A DNA stretch of 64,000 nucleotides, taken from Octopus sinensis (Eukaryota). The stretch covers positions 14,797,579 to 14,861,578 of the forward strand of contig NC_043026.1 in the NCBI RefSeq assembly GCF_006345805.1. Reading direction: 5' to 3'. A program made the translations under genes and the position numbers. Below are positions 36,001 through 49,898 of this stretch, in pieces. Numbering within the stretch: position 1 is the first letter of the stretch; each line of letters starts with the position of its first letter. The notes under the pieces were generated by a model. That model was given only the letters and a program-made list of their open reading frames with translations. It did not search any database and had not been told where the DNA came from.

Positions 36001-37702
36001 CCCACAAGGGGCTAAACACAGAGGGGACAAACAAGGACAGACATAGGTATTAAGTCGATTACATCGACCCCAGTGCATAACTGGTACTTAATTTATCGAA
36101 CCCGAAAGGATGAAAGGCAAAGTCGACCTCGGCAACGTCACAGCAAATGAAATACCGCTAAGCATTTCGCTTAAACCGCATACTGAAAATATTAGGTATA
36201 TACACTATGTGTGTGTGTGTATATATATATATATATACACATGAGTGTTTGGGTGTGTCTGTGTGTGTGTGTATCTGTGTGTGAGTATACAGTATTTCCT
36301 GGCATTGAAGATGCTTCATTCTCAAGGATGCACAGTAATTTTGACAACCAAACATTTGAAAAAAAAAAAAATTGGGGCAAAAAAATAAGGTCCTGGGACA
36401 CTTTAAGTCTTGTTACCTTTACAATGAAAAAATAAAAACAACACCGCTATAACCTTCAGAATGCCACTTAAAATGTTCCTCGCATTTGTTTTGGCTGCTC
36501 ATCTAATGCTTATTTGCTCTACCCTTTACATTGTCTAACCATTGTGATCCCGCACTCACGTCTGTAAAACTAACAAAAGACAGCACTCACCATACCAATT
36601 TGTTTCGACCCTCTGCAAAATCCCAAATTTTATTTAATTTATTTTGCGGGAGCAACTGTTATATCGAAAGCGGATCTTGTTGTGAAATGCTCGAAATACG
36701 GATTAGAAAAACAGCCGACAACTGATGAAGGGTCGTTCCTTGTGTTGCTTGTCTTGTTTTCCATTTGTTTCTTTCGTTGCTTGCAAAAAAAGTCCTTATT
36801 CCATGACCCCATACTTCGTATTTTTTTGTTGGTTATGTTTTGTGACATCCTGTGCCCACATATGGATATGTATATACGTATACATGTATGTGACTGGCAT
36901 CTGTGCTAGCGGGGTGCAAAGAGCATCATACGAGTGTGATCGTTGACAGAGCGGCTATTCGAGTATGATCCTTACCAGCGTCGCCTTACTGGCACTTGTG
37001 CCCTGTGCTAGCAGGGCGCCAAGAGCACCATCCGAGCGTGATCGTTGCCAGAACAGCCAACTGGCTTCCGTACTCGTGGCACGTAAAAGGGCACCATTCG
37101 AGCATGATCGTTACCAACGTCGCTTCACTGGCACAATTAAGAAGGAAGTTTTTCAACCTCACATAAGATTATAAAAAATGACACCCCTTCCCCCCAGAAG
37201 ACTAAAAAAGAACAATAACAAAAAACACACCAAAAAAAAAAACAACCATTAAAAATTTTCAATTTTATATTTTAATTGATTTTGGAAAAAAAATTGTATT
37301 TTTATATATTTTTTTCAGACTTCTTTATATTTTTGCGAGTTGGATCATCAGTGTGGGAGAATGGTGGCTCATTTTAAAATATTCTTCTTGAAATATTGTT
37401 TTTGTTGTTAATATTAATGACAATGATGGTGATGATGATGATGATGATTAAAATAATAATCCTTTTTGCTCAAGGCACAAGGCCTGAAATTCGTGGGGAG
37501 GGGTCTTGTCAATTACATCAAGCACAGTATTTCACTGGTATTGGATTTATTGACCCCGAAAGGATGAATGGTAAAGTTGACCCTGGTGGGATTTGAACTC
37601 AAGATGTAAAGATGAACGAAATGCTGCTAAGCATTTTCCCTAGCGCTCTAATGACTCTGCCAGCTTGCTTTTTTGATGAAGTGCATGGATACTTACTAAG
37701 AG

Positions 37703-37755
<53 letters not shown>

Positions 37756-37898
37756 TATACATATATATATATTATATATATAATATATATATTATATATA
37801 TATATATAATATATAACAATTGCAGCATGGAAGGTGTTTGTAAGCCATTTAAGAAACACACAAATCACTTGCTATGCGAGTACATCTCCCTATATATA

Positions 37899-37939
<41 letters not shown>

Positions 37940-38023
37940 TATAAATATATATATATTATATATATATATTATATATATACATATATATATATATCATATA
38001 TATATATATATATATAATATATA

Positions 38024-38067
<44 letters not shown>

Positions 38068-38160
38068 AAATATTATTAGAGACAAAACCACTATTTTGCA
38101 AAACAAACAAGGAAAGACTTAATCAATACATAAAATTTTAATAAATAGTCAAAAAAACCG

Positions 38161-38203
38161 CCACTACAATTGTTTCTTGTCTTGATCGACAATCTTCAGG
38201 TGG
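38161..38203 (-). ncRNA. Minimal type I hammerhead ribozyme motif (mirror copy in palindrome)
   Basis: Exact reverse complement of 38267-38309. Confidence 0.75.
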
Positions 38204-38266
38204 ACTTCCAATAAGTCAGTTTCAAATTATGAAGTCTTCATAATTTGAAACTGACTTATTGGAAGT

Positions 38267-38309
38267 CCACCTGAAGATTGTCGATCAAGACAAGAAACAA
38301 TTGTAGTGG
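38267..38309 (+). ncRNA. Minimal type I hammerhead ribozyme motif
   Basis: ccac-CTGAAGA-ttgtc(gatcaa)gacaa-GAAAC-aatt-GTA-gtgg: stems I and II perfectly paired, palindromic stem III ACAATTGT. Confidence 0.75.
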
Positions 38310-38508
38310 CGGTTTTTTTGACTATTTATTAAAATTTTATGTATTGATTAAGTCTTTCCTTGTTTGTTTTGCAAAATAGTGGTTTTGTCTCTAATAATAT
38401 TTTATAATATTTTACTATAAAATTGGATTTAATCCTAAATCTGATTTTTTTTTCCCTGTAAATTTGGATTTATTCCCTAATATTTATTATTATATATATA
38501 TATATATA

Positions 38509-38605
<97 letters not shown>

Positions 38606-39160
38606 GTGTATATATATATATATATGTATAAATCAATAAATGGTGGGGTTGTGTTGATTGCACCTGGAGAAATGATAGGCGAGGAAAAATTATGAAATGG
38701 CAGAATGCCAAATTGAAGGTAAATTTTAATAAAAATGGGTGTATGGAAAATTTTTAAAATTAAAAAAATTTTTAATATTAAAAAATTAAAAAATATTTTT
38801 TTAATTTTTAAAATTTTCCATACACCCATTTTTATTAAAATTTACCTTCAATTTAGCATTCTGCCTTTTTATAATTTTTCCTCGCCTATATATATATATA
38901 TATATTGATAAAAACTAGAAATACCCTACAGCCTAGGTGTGTATTGCAAAGTCGGTATTACTTGGAACTCTCATGCATATTGCATAAAGAAGTGTCTGTG
39001 AGAGGTTCTTGTTGTGACTCAACAAATGGTACAAACCACCAGCAGACACAATATCTTCAATCAACAACCTCACGATTTTGTATACTGTGCAACATGTATA
39101 ATAATAATAATAATGATAATAATAATAATAATAATAATAATCATAATAATAATAATAATC

Positions 39161-39207
<47 letters not shown>

Positions 39208-39209
39208 GT

Positions 39210-40350
39210 ATAGAAGGTGGTAGAGGCCTTATACAGCTGGAAAACTACTATAAAATAACCACCATAGGACTGCAAAAATATCTACTTCAGAAGGAAGGAA
39301 AACTGATCCAGATAGCGGCAAAACACGAGCAAAACAAAAAACTGTTCTCAGTATTTAAGGAAGCTGACAAGAAATCATACCACCTAATAAACATGAAGAA
39401 GAAGAAGAAGATGAAGAAACAACAAAAGCTATAAAACAAATGAAATCCAAACTAAAAATAGAACAGCAACGAACCATGATAAAACGATGGCAAGAAAAGC
39501 CCCTTCATGGTAAATACTGCACTAAACTAAACACAAAAGAAATAGACAAAGAAAAATCTCAGCAATGGTTGAGAAGCTCAGGACTCAAAGCAGAAACAGA
39601 GGGATTTTTAATTGCAGCACAAGACCAAAGCCTCCCCACCAGAAATTACCAAAAACATGTAATGAAAAGAAATATTACAAGTAACTGCAGAATATGTGGA
39701 GATGGACAAGAAACAATAAATCATATTATCTCTAGCTGCCCAGTCCTGGCTAAGAAGGAATATATTCACAGACATGAAGAGTTGGAACCTACATACATTG
39801 GAAGCTATGCCAACATTATGGAATAACAACAGAAAAAAGATGGTATAGGCACACACCAGAAAAGGTCACAGAAAACGAGAAAGCAACCATACTCTGGGAT
39901 ATGCCGATACACACAGATAGAGAAATTAAGGCCAACAGACCAGATATAGTTGTCAGAGACCATGAAGAAAAAAAATGCTTTCTAATTGATGTATCAATAC
40001 CGGCTGATGACAACGTGTCTCTAAAAGAAATGGAGAAACTCTCAAAATACAAAGACCTGGAAATAGAGGTAACTAGAATGTGGAATCTGAAAACAGAAAC
40101 AATTCCTATCATAGTAGGTGCATTAGGCATGATAAAAAAATATTCAGACACATACATAACAAAAACACCAGGACTTACAAACACATATAACATACAGAAA
40201 ATTGCACTACTAGGCACTGCACACATCCTACGCAGAACACTTTCCATACAATAACCATCAGAGCATCACAACAAATCACAGCACATACCCAAGGCACACA
40301 GAGCTGCGCTCGGTAGTGAAGTGAAAGCACGCTATAAAAATAAAACTACT
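39210..40350 (+). mobile_element. R4/Dong-clade non-LTR retrotransposon 3' part inserted in (AAT)n
   Basis: LKAETEGFLIAAQDQSLPTRNY, CCHC knuckle CRICGDGQETINHIISSC, RLE RPDIVV...LIDVSIP...EKLSKYKDL...LLGTAHILRR; frameshifted. (AAT)n on both sides. Confidence 0.88.
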
Positions 40351-40963
40351 GAATAATAATAATAATAATAATAATATAGTGTTATAGTATTGGGTGCTAA
40401 CTGTATAGAACATGCATTGTGGGGTTTCTGTTGTAGTGTTGGGTGGTGAATGTGTAGCATGGGCCCTGTTGCTTCCACCCCTTATCAGCCTGAGTTCAAG
40501 AAATCTATGAAAATAGGAATAAGCTTGCTTCTCAACCACATGATTCTGGGTTCAGTCCCACTGCCTGGCACCTTGGGCAAATGTATTCTACTATAGCCAT
40601 GGGCTGACCACAACCTTGTGTGTGTGGATTGGGTAGATGGAAACAGTAAGAAGCCCTTATGTGTGTGTGTGGATTGAGGAGATGGAAACAGTAAGAAGCC
40701 CCTTATGTGTGTGTGTGTGTGAAACTGGCTAGTCTCAGTCTTGTTCTGGGATCTCCTCACCAAATTAGGGCCTGTATATAATTGTCTTCAGGGGCAGTTA
40801 TACACCACCACCGCCACCTCAACGACCACCACTGTCGCTGTAGCACCAACAACACAAGCACCACCACCAACACCACCACCACCACCACCACCACCACCGC
40901 TGCTGCTATCAGAGCCACCCCCACTGCCACCAGCGCCCCCACCACTCCCATTGATCTCATCTG

Positions 40964-41085
40964 TTACTTGGTCAGTTCGTAAGGTATATCGGCCGAGAGG
41001 ACGCGCCGGTAGATGAAATAGCCAGCCAACAGTCCAGAGCAGACACCAATAAACAGCATACCGAGACCCAGTCCAACCATGGCAC
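40964..41085 (-). CDS. EPDR-like membrane protein terminal exon (TM helix + cytosolic tail)
   Basis: tttttgtag|GT. Encodes (G)[39 protein letters not shown] with TAA at 40966-40964. Confidence 0.9.
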
Positions 41086-41163
41086 CTACAAAAACAAATG
41101 TAGAAAGAGGAGTCTTTGAATGCAGGTTCAATTTAAAGCTGTTTGTGTGCGTGTATGTGTGTG

Positions 41164-41196
<33 letters not shown>

Positions 41197-42073
41197 TGTG
41201 GATGTGTGTGGGTGTGTGGATGTGTGTGTGTGGATGTGTGTGTGTGTGTGTTTATGTGTGTGTGCATGTGTGTGTGTGTGTGTGTATGTGTGGGTGTGTG
41301 GATGTGTGTGTGTGTGTGTGTGGATGTGTGTGTGGATGTGGATGTGTGTGTGTGCGTGTGTGTGGATGTGTGTGTGGATGTGCGTGTGGATGTGTGTGGA
41401 TGTGGATGTGTGTGTGTGTGGATGTGTGGATGTGTGGGTGTGTGGATGTGTGTGTGTGTGTGTGTGTGGATGTGTGTGTGTGGATGTGGATGTGTGTGCG
41501 TGCGTGTGTGTGGATGTGTGTGGATGTGGATGTGTGTGTGTGTATGTGGATGTGTGTGTGTGCGTGTGTGTAGATGTGTGTATCTGTGTGTGTGGATGTA
41601 TATGTGTGGATGTGGATGTGTGTGTGTGGATGTGTGTGTGTGTGTGCATGTGTGTAGATGTGTGCATGTGTGTGCTTGTGTGTGGATGTGTGTGTGTGTG
41701 TGCGTGTGTGTGGGTGTGTGCCATTGTGAACTTTCGTGTTGTAGAGGACCCACAAGGGGTCTGTAATTCCATGCTGAACAACTTAAACGAAAGACTTGTT
41801 TAAGGGTTCAAACATTCACACATTCGCTCACTCCCTCCATCAAAGCCACGTTGCCAGAACAGGTGCACAAATGTGCCACAAATGTGCCACAAATGTGCCA
41901 CAAATGTGCCACAAATGTGCCACAGATGTGCCACACATCAGGTGTTGAAGTGATTGCTGAGCAATGTGGAATGAAGTGTTTTGCTCAAGAACACTATGTA
42001 CCACCCTGTCTGGGAATCGAACTCATGATATTGTAAGTGAGAGTGCAACCCCCTAACCACAAGACCATGTATA

Positions 42074-42117
<44 letters not shown>

Positions 42118-43127
42118 AGTGGCTGTGTGGTAAGTAGCTTGTTTACCAACCACATATACGACGGGCTTCTTTCAGTTTCTGTCTACCAAATCCACTCACA
42201 AGGCTTTGGTCGGCCCGAGGCTATAGTAGAAGACACTTGCCCAAGGTGCCACGCAGTGGGACTGAACCCGGAACCATGTGGTTGGTAAACAAGCTACTTA
42301 CCACACAGCCACTCCTGCGCCTATATATGTAGATAGAAATATATCTACACACACCCACGCACGCAAGCACACACACGATAAAGTGGAGTTTGTGCGTAAA
42401 GAAGTTATTTGGTGTATGAAGTAGGTTTTGGAATCTCACCTCTTCTTGTTGGGTCTGTGGAGCTGGAACTGAACTCACGAACCAAGGACTGCAGCTGGTT
42501 GGTGTGGAACCTGAATACCTGGCAAAGTAGACAAAAAGAGAAACTGCTTCATACCCTTGTATACACCCAGTTGCTTATATACACACATGCACATACGTAT
42601 ATGAATATTATATACACAGATATATGCTGGCCGATGCCAGCACTGCCTCGACTGGCTTCTGTGCCAGTGGCACATAAAAAGCACCAACCGATCGTGGCTG
42701 ATGCCAGACCCCTCTGGCACCTGTGGCCGTTGCCAGTGCCGCCTCGACTGACCTCTGTGCCGGTGGCACATAAAAAGCACCATCCGAACATGACCGATGC
42801 CAACCCCGCCTCGAATGGCTTCTGTGCCGGTGGCACATAAAAAGCACCAACCGATCGTGGCCGATGCCAGACCCCTCTGGCACCTGTGCAGGTGGCACGT
42901 AAAAAGCACCCACTACACTCGCGGAGTGGTTGGCGCTAGGAAGGGCATCCAGCTGTAGAAACACTGCCAGATCAGACTGGAGCCTGGAGCAGCCCCTGGC
43001 TCCCCAGACCCCGGTCGAACCGTCCAACCTGTGCTAGCGTGGAAAACGGACGTTAAACGATGATGATGATGATGATGATATATATACATATACACACATA
43101 TATATAGATATATATATATACATATAT

Positions 43128-43182
<55 letters not shown>

Positions 43183-44171
43183 TATGTACAAATATATAAA
43201 TATATTTTGTATCTTTTATCCTTTACTTCTTTCAGTCATTTGACCGTGGCCATGCTGGGGCACTGCCTTGAAGAACATTTTTAGTTGAACAAATCAATTT
43301 TTCTTTGTTGTTCAAAGCCTGGTACTTATTCTATCGGCTTCTTTTGCCAAACCACTTAGTTACAGGGATGTAAACACACCAACACCAGTTGCCAAGTATG
43401 TATATATAAGTATGTATATATATATACATATATATAAATATACATACTTATTATATATATACATATACATACATACATATATAATATATATATATAATAT
43501 ATATATATATATATAATATATATAAAAAATATATATATATATAGATAGATAGATAGATAGATGTATATGTATTTATATATGTGTGTATATATATGTGTAT
43601 GTTTATGTATGTATGTGTGTTTATATACACACAGACACACATAAATGCAGTAAGATAGCTAGCTAGACATCTAGCAAGATAGATAGATAGACAGATACAT
43701 ACATACATAATACATACATACATACATACATACATACATGTACATATAAGGTCACATAGTTCTAGGTACATATAAGGTCACATAGTTCTAGGTACATTTT
43801 AATTTAAATATTGGATGATAGATCTGCTGAATGAGGATAGACCAAGGGTTAAAAATTAACTTCGGCACAGACAAAATAAACTGAAGGTCTAGAGTTAGGT
43901 GGCTGATGAGGACTCCAAAGTTTGAAGCTTGGTTCTTACCTTCTCATGCATCAGAGGATAAAGGACCTTGAATTCAATTTCTTTGTGGGATTTCAGGTTG
44001 GAATAGGCCTCTTCCAGTGGAATTGGAGTGTATCTAGTTTTAAGAGAGCCTGGAATATCAAACACAAATGTTTATACACATACATACATGTGTATATATA
44101 TATATATATATAAGCAAATAAATGGAGTTGAACGAGATGTTATTAACATTCTTTTACTTTCGACATATGTT

Positions 44172-44222
<51 letters not shown>

Positions 44223-44785
44223 ATATATATATTGATATATATATATATATAATATATATATTGATATATTTATTTATTTATATTACCAGGTTTTTTTCAC
44301 GTCTGTGTGTATTTATATATTATTTATTTATTTATTCATTTATATTACCTCAACATCCAAACTTCCTCATTTTACATTGAGTGAAAGACGGGATGGACGC
44401 TTCGTTTTTGTGCTGGTGCTCCACTATGTCGTACGCGACTGTGAGGATTTGCACCCCCAACGTAGAATTTATGATGTAATACATGTCCTTGAAGTAGTAA
44501 TTGTGCGCGGCTGAAGAAGGCCATAGACACACATTATGCATTGTTATAAATCCGTCTAATAAAGGCCCGAAACATATGTACCGCTGAATCCTTGGCCTCA
44601 TGTTTATATTTTGATTCATTTATATATATATATAAATATATTTTTTACAATACACGATGGTGATGAACTATAACCTTTGACCTTGCCTGGTGTATTAACA
44701 AAGAGCTTATGAAGTATTTTGCCAGGACTGATAATTCCTCTGTAATAACTCTCTTTCTGTATATAAGCATATGTATGTGTGTATG

Positions 44786-44817
<32 letters not shown>

Positions 44818-45600
44818 ATATATACATACACTGCAACAGTCATGTGCCACTGCCAAATAAAAAGCACTCATGCTGGTAGCACGTTGAAAGCACCCAGCAC
44901 ACTCTGTAAAGTGGTTGGCATGTTAGGAAGGGCATCCAGCTGTAGAAACCAAACTAAATCAGATTGGAACCTGGTGCAGCTTTGGTCAAACTGTCCAATT
45001 TTTGCCAGCATGGACAACGGACATTAAAGGATAATGATAATGATGGTGATAATGATGATGACAATGATGGCGATGATGGCGATGATGATGATGATGATGA
45101 TGATATATGATGTATGTGTGTGTGTGTGTCACTTTTGTCGTATTTTTGTCACTTACCTGGTATCGATGGAGCATCCAGCAATGTAAACTGTACAACCATG
45201 AGGTCAGACGAGAGGCGTCCTATCTGTAATAGAAAGGGGGTGAGTACAATGGTTAAAAGGAGAAGTGGTGAAGGTGGTGGTTGTGGTGGTGAGACACAAG
45301 GAAGTAGGTGGTGGCAGAGAATGCGAATGCGAACAATAAAAAAAAAACCCGTCGAAATGCCAAAAGTGGAATGATCCCGAGGTGGATAGTAGTTGGGTGT
45401 TCGAGGTGGAGAAGATCGACCAGTGTGTGTACACGTGTATTGTAGATTTGATGTGGGTACGTACCTGTATGTTACTGATTCTTACTGAGGAAACATTTGC
45501 AGCCCGAGCCAAGGAGTTTCGCAATGATGGGAAGATGAGGCTTTCGTAACCCTTGATGTATATGTCGAACTTATCTGGGTTAGAGAGAAAAAGGGAAAGA

Positions 45601-45635
<35 letters not shown>

Positions 45636-45679
45636 AAGGAGAAAGAGGCAGTCAAACAAATTATGTATACTGTCTATTA

Positions 45680-45725
<46 letters not shown>

Positions 45726-46543
45726 AACTTCTATTATTATTGTTATTATTATTATTATTATTATTATAATTATTATTATTATTATTATTATTATTGATTT
45801 GATTCAGGTTCAGGCTTATTCCTGGTAGGATTTACATGGGTAGCAGGTTACTACCTGTAACCTTAGGCATCCATAAGTTTTCAGCAGTCTATCAAGTGCT
45901 TAGAACCCTCCTCATGATCTTTGCTGTCCCTAAGAGATAAACTTTCTGTAGGTGTTCTACTGGGTTATTATCATTATTATTATTATTGAGTGAGAGAGCA
46001 GTGCATGCCACCAAAGTGACACTAGGGTAAAATATACAAAGCCCAGTATACCCATCATGACTACCTGTCTGATAAAGGTACACCAGGCACATGAATCACA
46101 ACCATATGTGCGCGACATGGTGATCTCATATCAAGATGAACAGCGCATGACCTTGCAGGTGGGGCCCAGTTAGAATTTTCTACTTGTTGAGTAGCCCATC
46201 CCGCTCAAAAGGTCCCTGAATAAGGGTTGTTTAAGGATGTTGAATGAACCACCCATGTTTCCAGAGGTGAATTATCCAAATCTCTAAGAATTCCTTCCAA
46301 CACACGGCTATGATGCTCCCCAACTACTTCTGCTCGTGATCAGAGATGCACATATCATCAGCCATTAAGGGACATGCTCAACTGGTTACGGTCAAACAAC
46401 TGACAAGCAAATGTGTGGTATTGAGCGGAATATTTTCTGCGGCCCATCTTTTATACCAAGATAAAAACAATGTACATGATAACACTTCCAATCAGTTAAG
46501 ATCAGAAGCCACGAGAACCACTGCCTGGTACTGCATCAGGGCA

Positions 46544-46593
<50 letters not shown>

Positions 46594-47304
46594 GAAAACT
46601 CACAGCTTATTTTGCTGGGTATGGTGGAAAATGTCTAACAATGTGCCATACTGTTTCACCTCTCTCACCACATATTCTGCATTTGTCGCTACCGGTAGTG
46701 TTGTCTACTCTGCACTTAACATAGTTGGTCCTTAATGCATGCTCTTAAGCTGCTCATATGAGTGCTTCTGTCTCTATCTTCAGGTCACTCCTCCTCATTC
46801 ATAGCCACCGCTCCTCTGTATCTGTCTCAGCGTTCACATCTCTTGCAAACTGACCCTAATTTTCCTTCCATGCTTTTCCTTTTTTTGTTCATTTTTGTTC
46901 ATTTCCCCAAATACCCATCATGACTACCCGTCCGATAAGGGTACATACAGGCACACACATTTACCCATGAGTATGCATTCTACCTCCCCCTTTCATGCTT
47001 ACTACCACCCTCCACCCACCCACACTCACCCCCATCGCCCCCTCACTACCTCGCCCCCCTCACACAGCCCCATCTTACCTTCTAACTGGAAGTTGATATA
47101 AAACCTATCTCTCAAGTGGAAGCAGCTTTCTATGTTGAAGTTGTCCAGGTGGACGTGTCCCTGGACATAACCATAGAGATGTATCCATGATTCGTTTATT
47201 AACTCCACTGTTCCATCATCATCATCATCATCATCATCATCCTTATCTTCGTTGTTCTTGTTGTTGTTGTTTGGCTGTAAATAAAAGAAAAAAGATATTG
47301 TTAG

Positions 47305-47335
<31 letters not shown>

Positions 47336-47516
47336 TATATAAATAAAGAAATCTGAAACCATGGTATAACCGTTATATAACAAGGTAAAGGTTTTTATTT
47401 TTCATTTACTTCGAAATTTGCTATAAAATTGTGGTTTTTGGCCGTGTTGGCTGCTATTTCTAGCATGTAAAATTACCTGTCAAAGGGTAATTTTCTATTT
47501 TGAAATACGTATATAA

Positions 47517-47551
<35 letters not shown>

Positions 47552-48713
47552 TACATAGATAAAAAAAAACAGAAAGGAGAAAACTAATTCGAAGACTACA
47601 AATCCAATCAGTGTGCTGACGTTTCTTATTTCTTTATTGCCCACAAGGGGCTAAACACAGAGGGGACAAACAAGGACAGACAAATGGATTAAGTCGATTA
47701 TATCGACCCCAGTGCGTAACTGGTACTTAATTTATCGACCCCGAAAGGATGAAAGGCAAAGTTGACCTCGGCGGAATTTGAACTCACAACGTAATGGCAA
47801 ATGAAATGCCACGAAGCATTTCGCCGGGCATGCTAACGTTTCTGCCAGCTTGCCCCCTTAGATGCAGCAATATCAAAGGAAGGTTAACCGGGAAGATGCA
47901 CAGGGGCAATAAACACTGAAGATATATAGTAGGAGTGGCGCAGGAGTGGCTGTGTGGTAAGTAGCTTGCTAACCAACCACATGGTTTCGGGTTCAGTCCC
48001 ACTGCGTGGCATCTTGGGCAAATGTCTTCTGCTATAGCCCCGGGCCGACCAATGCCTTGTGAGTGGATTTGGTAGACGGAAACTGAAAGAAGCCTGTCGT
48101 ATATGTATATATATATATATATGTGTGTGTGTGTTTGTGTGTCTGTGTTTGTCCCCCTAGCATTGCTTGACAACCGATGCTGGTGTGTTTACGTCCCCGT
48201 CACTTAGCGGTTCGGCAAAAAAGAGACCGATAGAATAAGTACTGGGCTTACAAAGAATGAGTCCCGGGGTCGATTTGCTCGACTAAAGGCGGTGCTCCAG
48301 CATGGCCGCAGTCAAATGACTGAAACAAGTAAAAGAGAAAAGAGAGAAAGAGAGTAAACAGATTCCATCACAGGCCAGGGGGAGAAGCTAGGAGTATGAG
48401 ATAGCTTCCATTACCTTGGTGACCAAGTCAGTAGTGGGTGGGTGGGGGGGTGGATGCTCTGAGAGAGAGAGAGAGAGAGAGAGGATGAGAAAGAAGGGAG
48501 AAAGATGTAGTGGAAGAGGAGAAAGAAAAAGAATAAAACGGGAGAATGAAAGTGAAGCAACAACAACAGTAACCATGACAACTTACCAATCTGAAGGCTT
48601 TTTGAAATATTCCAATGGGGACGGCGGTGTGAAGAGTCTACAAAACAACAACAACAATGACATCAATAATATCTATAATAATGATGATGATAATGATGAT
48701 GATGATAATGAAA

Positions 48714-48763
<50 letters not shown>

Positions 48764-48845
48764 ATGATGATGATGATAATGATGATGATGATGATGATGA
48801 TGATATGATGATGATGATAATGATGATGATATGATGATGATGATA

Positions 48846-48878
<33 letters not shown>

Positions 48879-48906
48879 TGATGATGATGATATGATGATG
48901 ATGATA

Positions 48907-48953
<47 letters not shown>

Positions 48954-48968
48954 ATGATGATGATGATA

Positions 48969-49006
<38 letters not shown>

Positions 49007-49162
49007 ATGATGATGATGATGATGATGATATGATGATGATGATAATGATGATGATATGATGATGATGATAATGATGATGATGATGATGATGATGATATGA
49101 TGATGATGAGATGATGATGATATGATGATGATGATAATGATGATGATATGATGATGATGATA

Positions 49163-49207
<45 letters not shown>

Positions 49208-49285
49208 ATGATGATGATGATAATGATGATGATGATGATGATGATGATTGATGATGATGATGGATGATATGATGATGATGATATA

Positions 49286-49329
<44 letters not shown>

Positions 49330-49419
49330 TGATGAATGATGATGATGATTAATGATGATGATGATGGATGATGATGATATGATGATGATGATAATGATGA
49401 TGATAATGATAATGATGAT

Positions 49420-49450
<31 letters not shown>

Positions 49451-49857
49451 ATGATGATGATGATATGATGATTGATGATGATAATGATGATGATGATGAA
49501 TGATGATGATGATATGATGATGATGATAATGATATGATGATGATGATAAGATGATGATGATGATGATATGATGATGATGATGATGATGATGATGATATGA
49601 TGATGATGATAATGATGATGATGATGATAATGATGATGATGATGATGATGATGATGATATGATGATGATGATAATGATATGATGATGATGATAATGATGA
49701 TGATGATGATAATGATGATGATGATGATGATATGATGATGATATGATGATGATGATAATGATGATGATGATGATGATGATGATATGATGATGATGATAAT
49801 GATAATAATGATGATGATGATGATATGATGATGATGATAATGATGATGATAATGATA

Positions 49858-49898
<41 letters not shown>

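Larger units (their letters stand above)
38064..38406. repeat. Perfect palindrome, 171-bp arms, 1-nt spacer (centre 38235)
   Basis: Arms 38064-38234 and 38236-38406 read as reverse complements around gaag-t-cttc. A partial copy of the right arm plus its flank lies at ~50520-50690. Confidence 0.9.

Noticed and set aside
43898-43940. CTGATGA-ggact/agttt-GAAGC hammerhead-like string
   Set aside because: GAAA is mutated, no stem I partner is present, and it overlaps a splice donor.
44350-44470. Candidate exon of the membrane-protein gene ([11 protein letters not shown]...)
   Set aside because: All frames hit stops before the best donor, the flanking exons already join in phase without it, and it adjoins a hammerhead motif.
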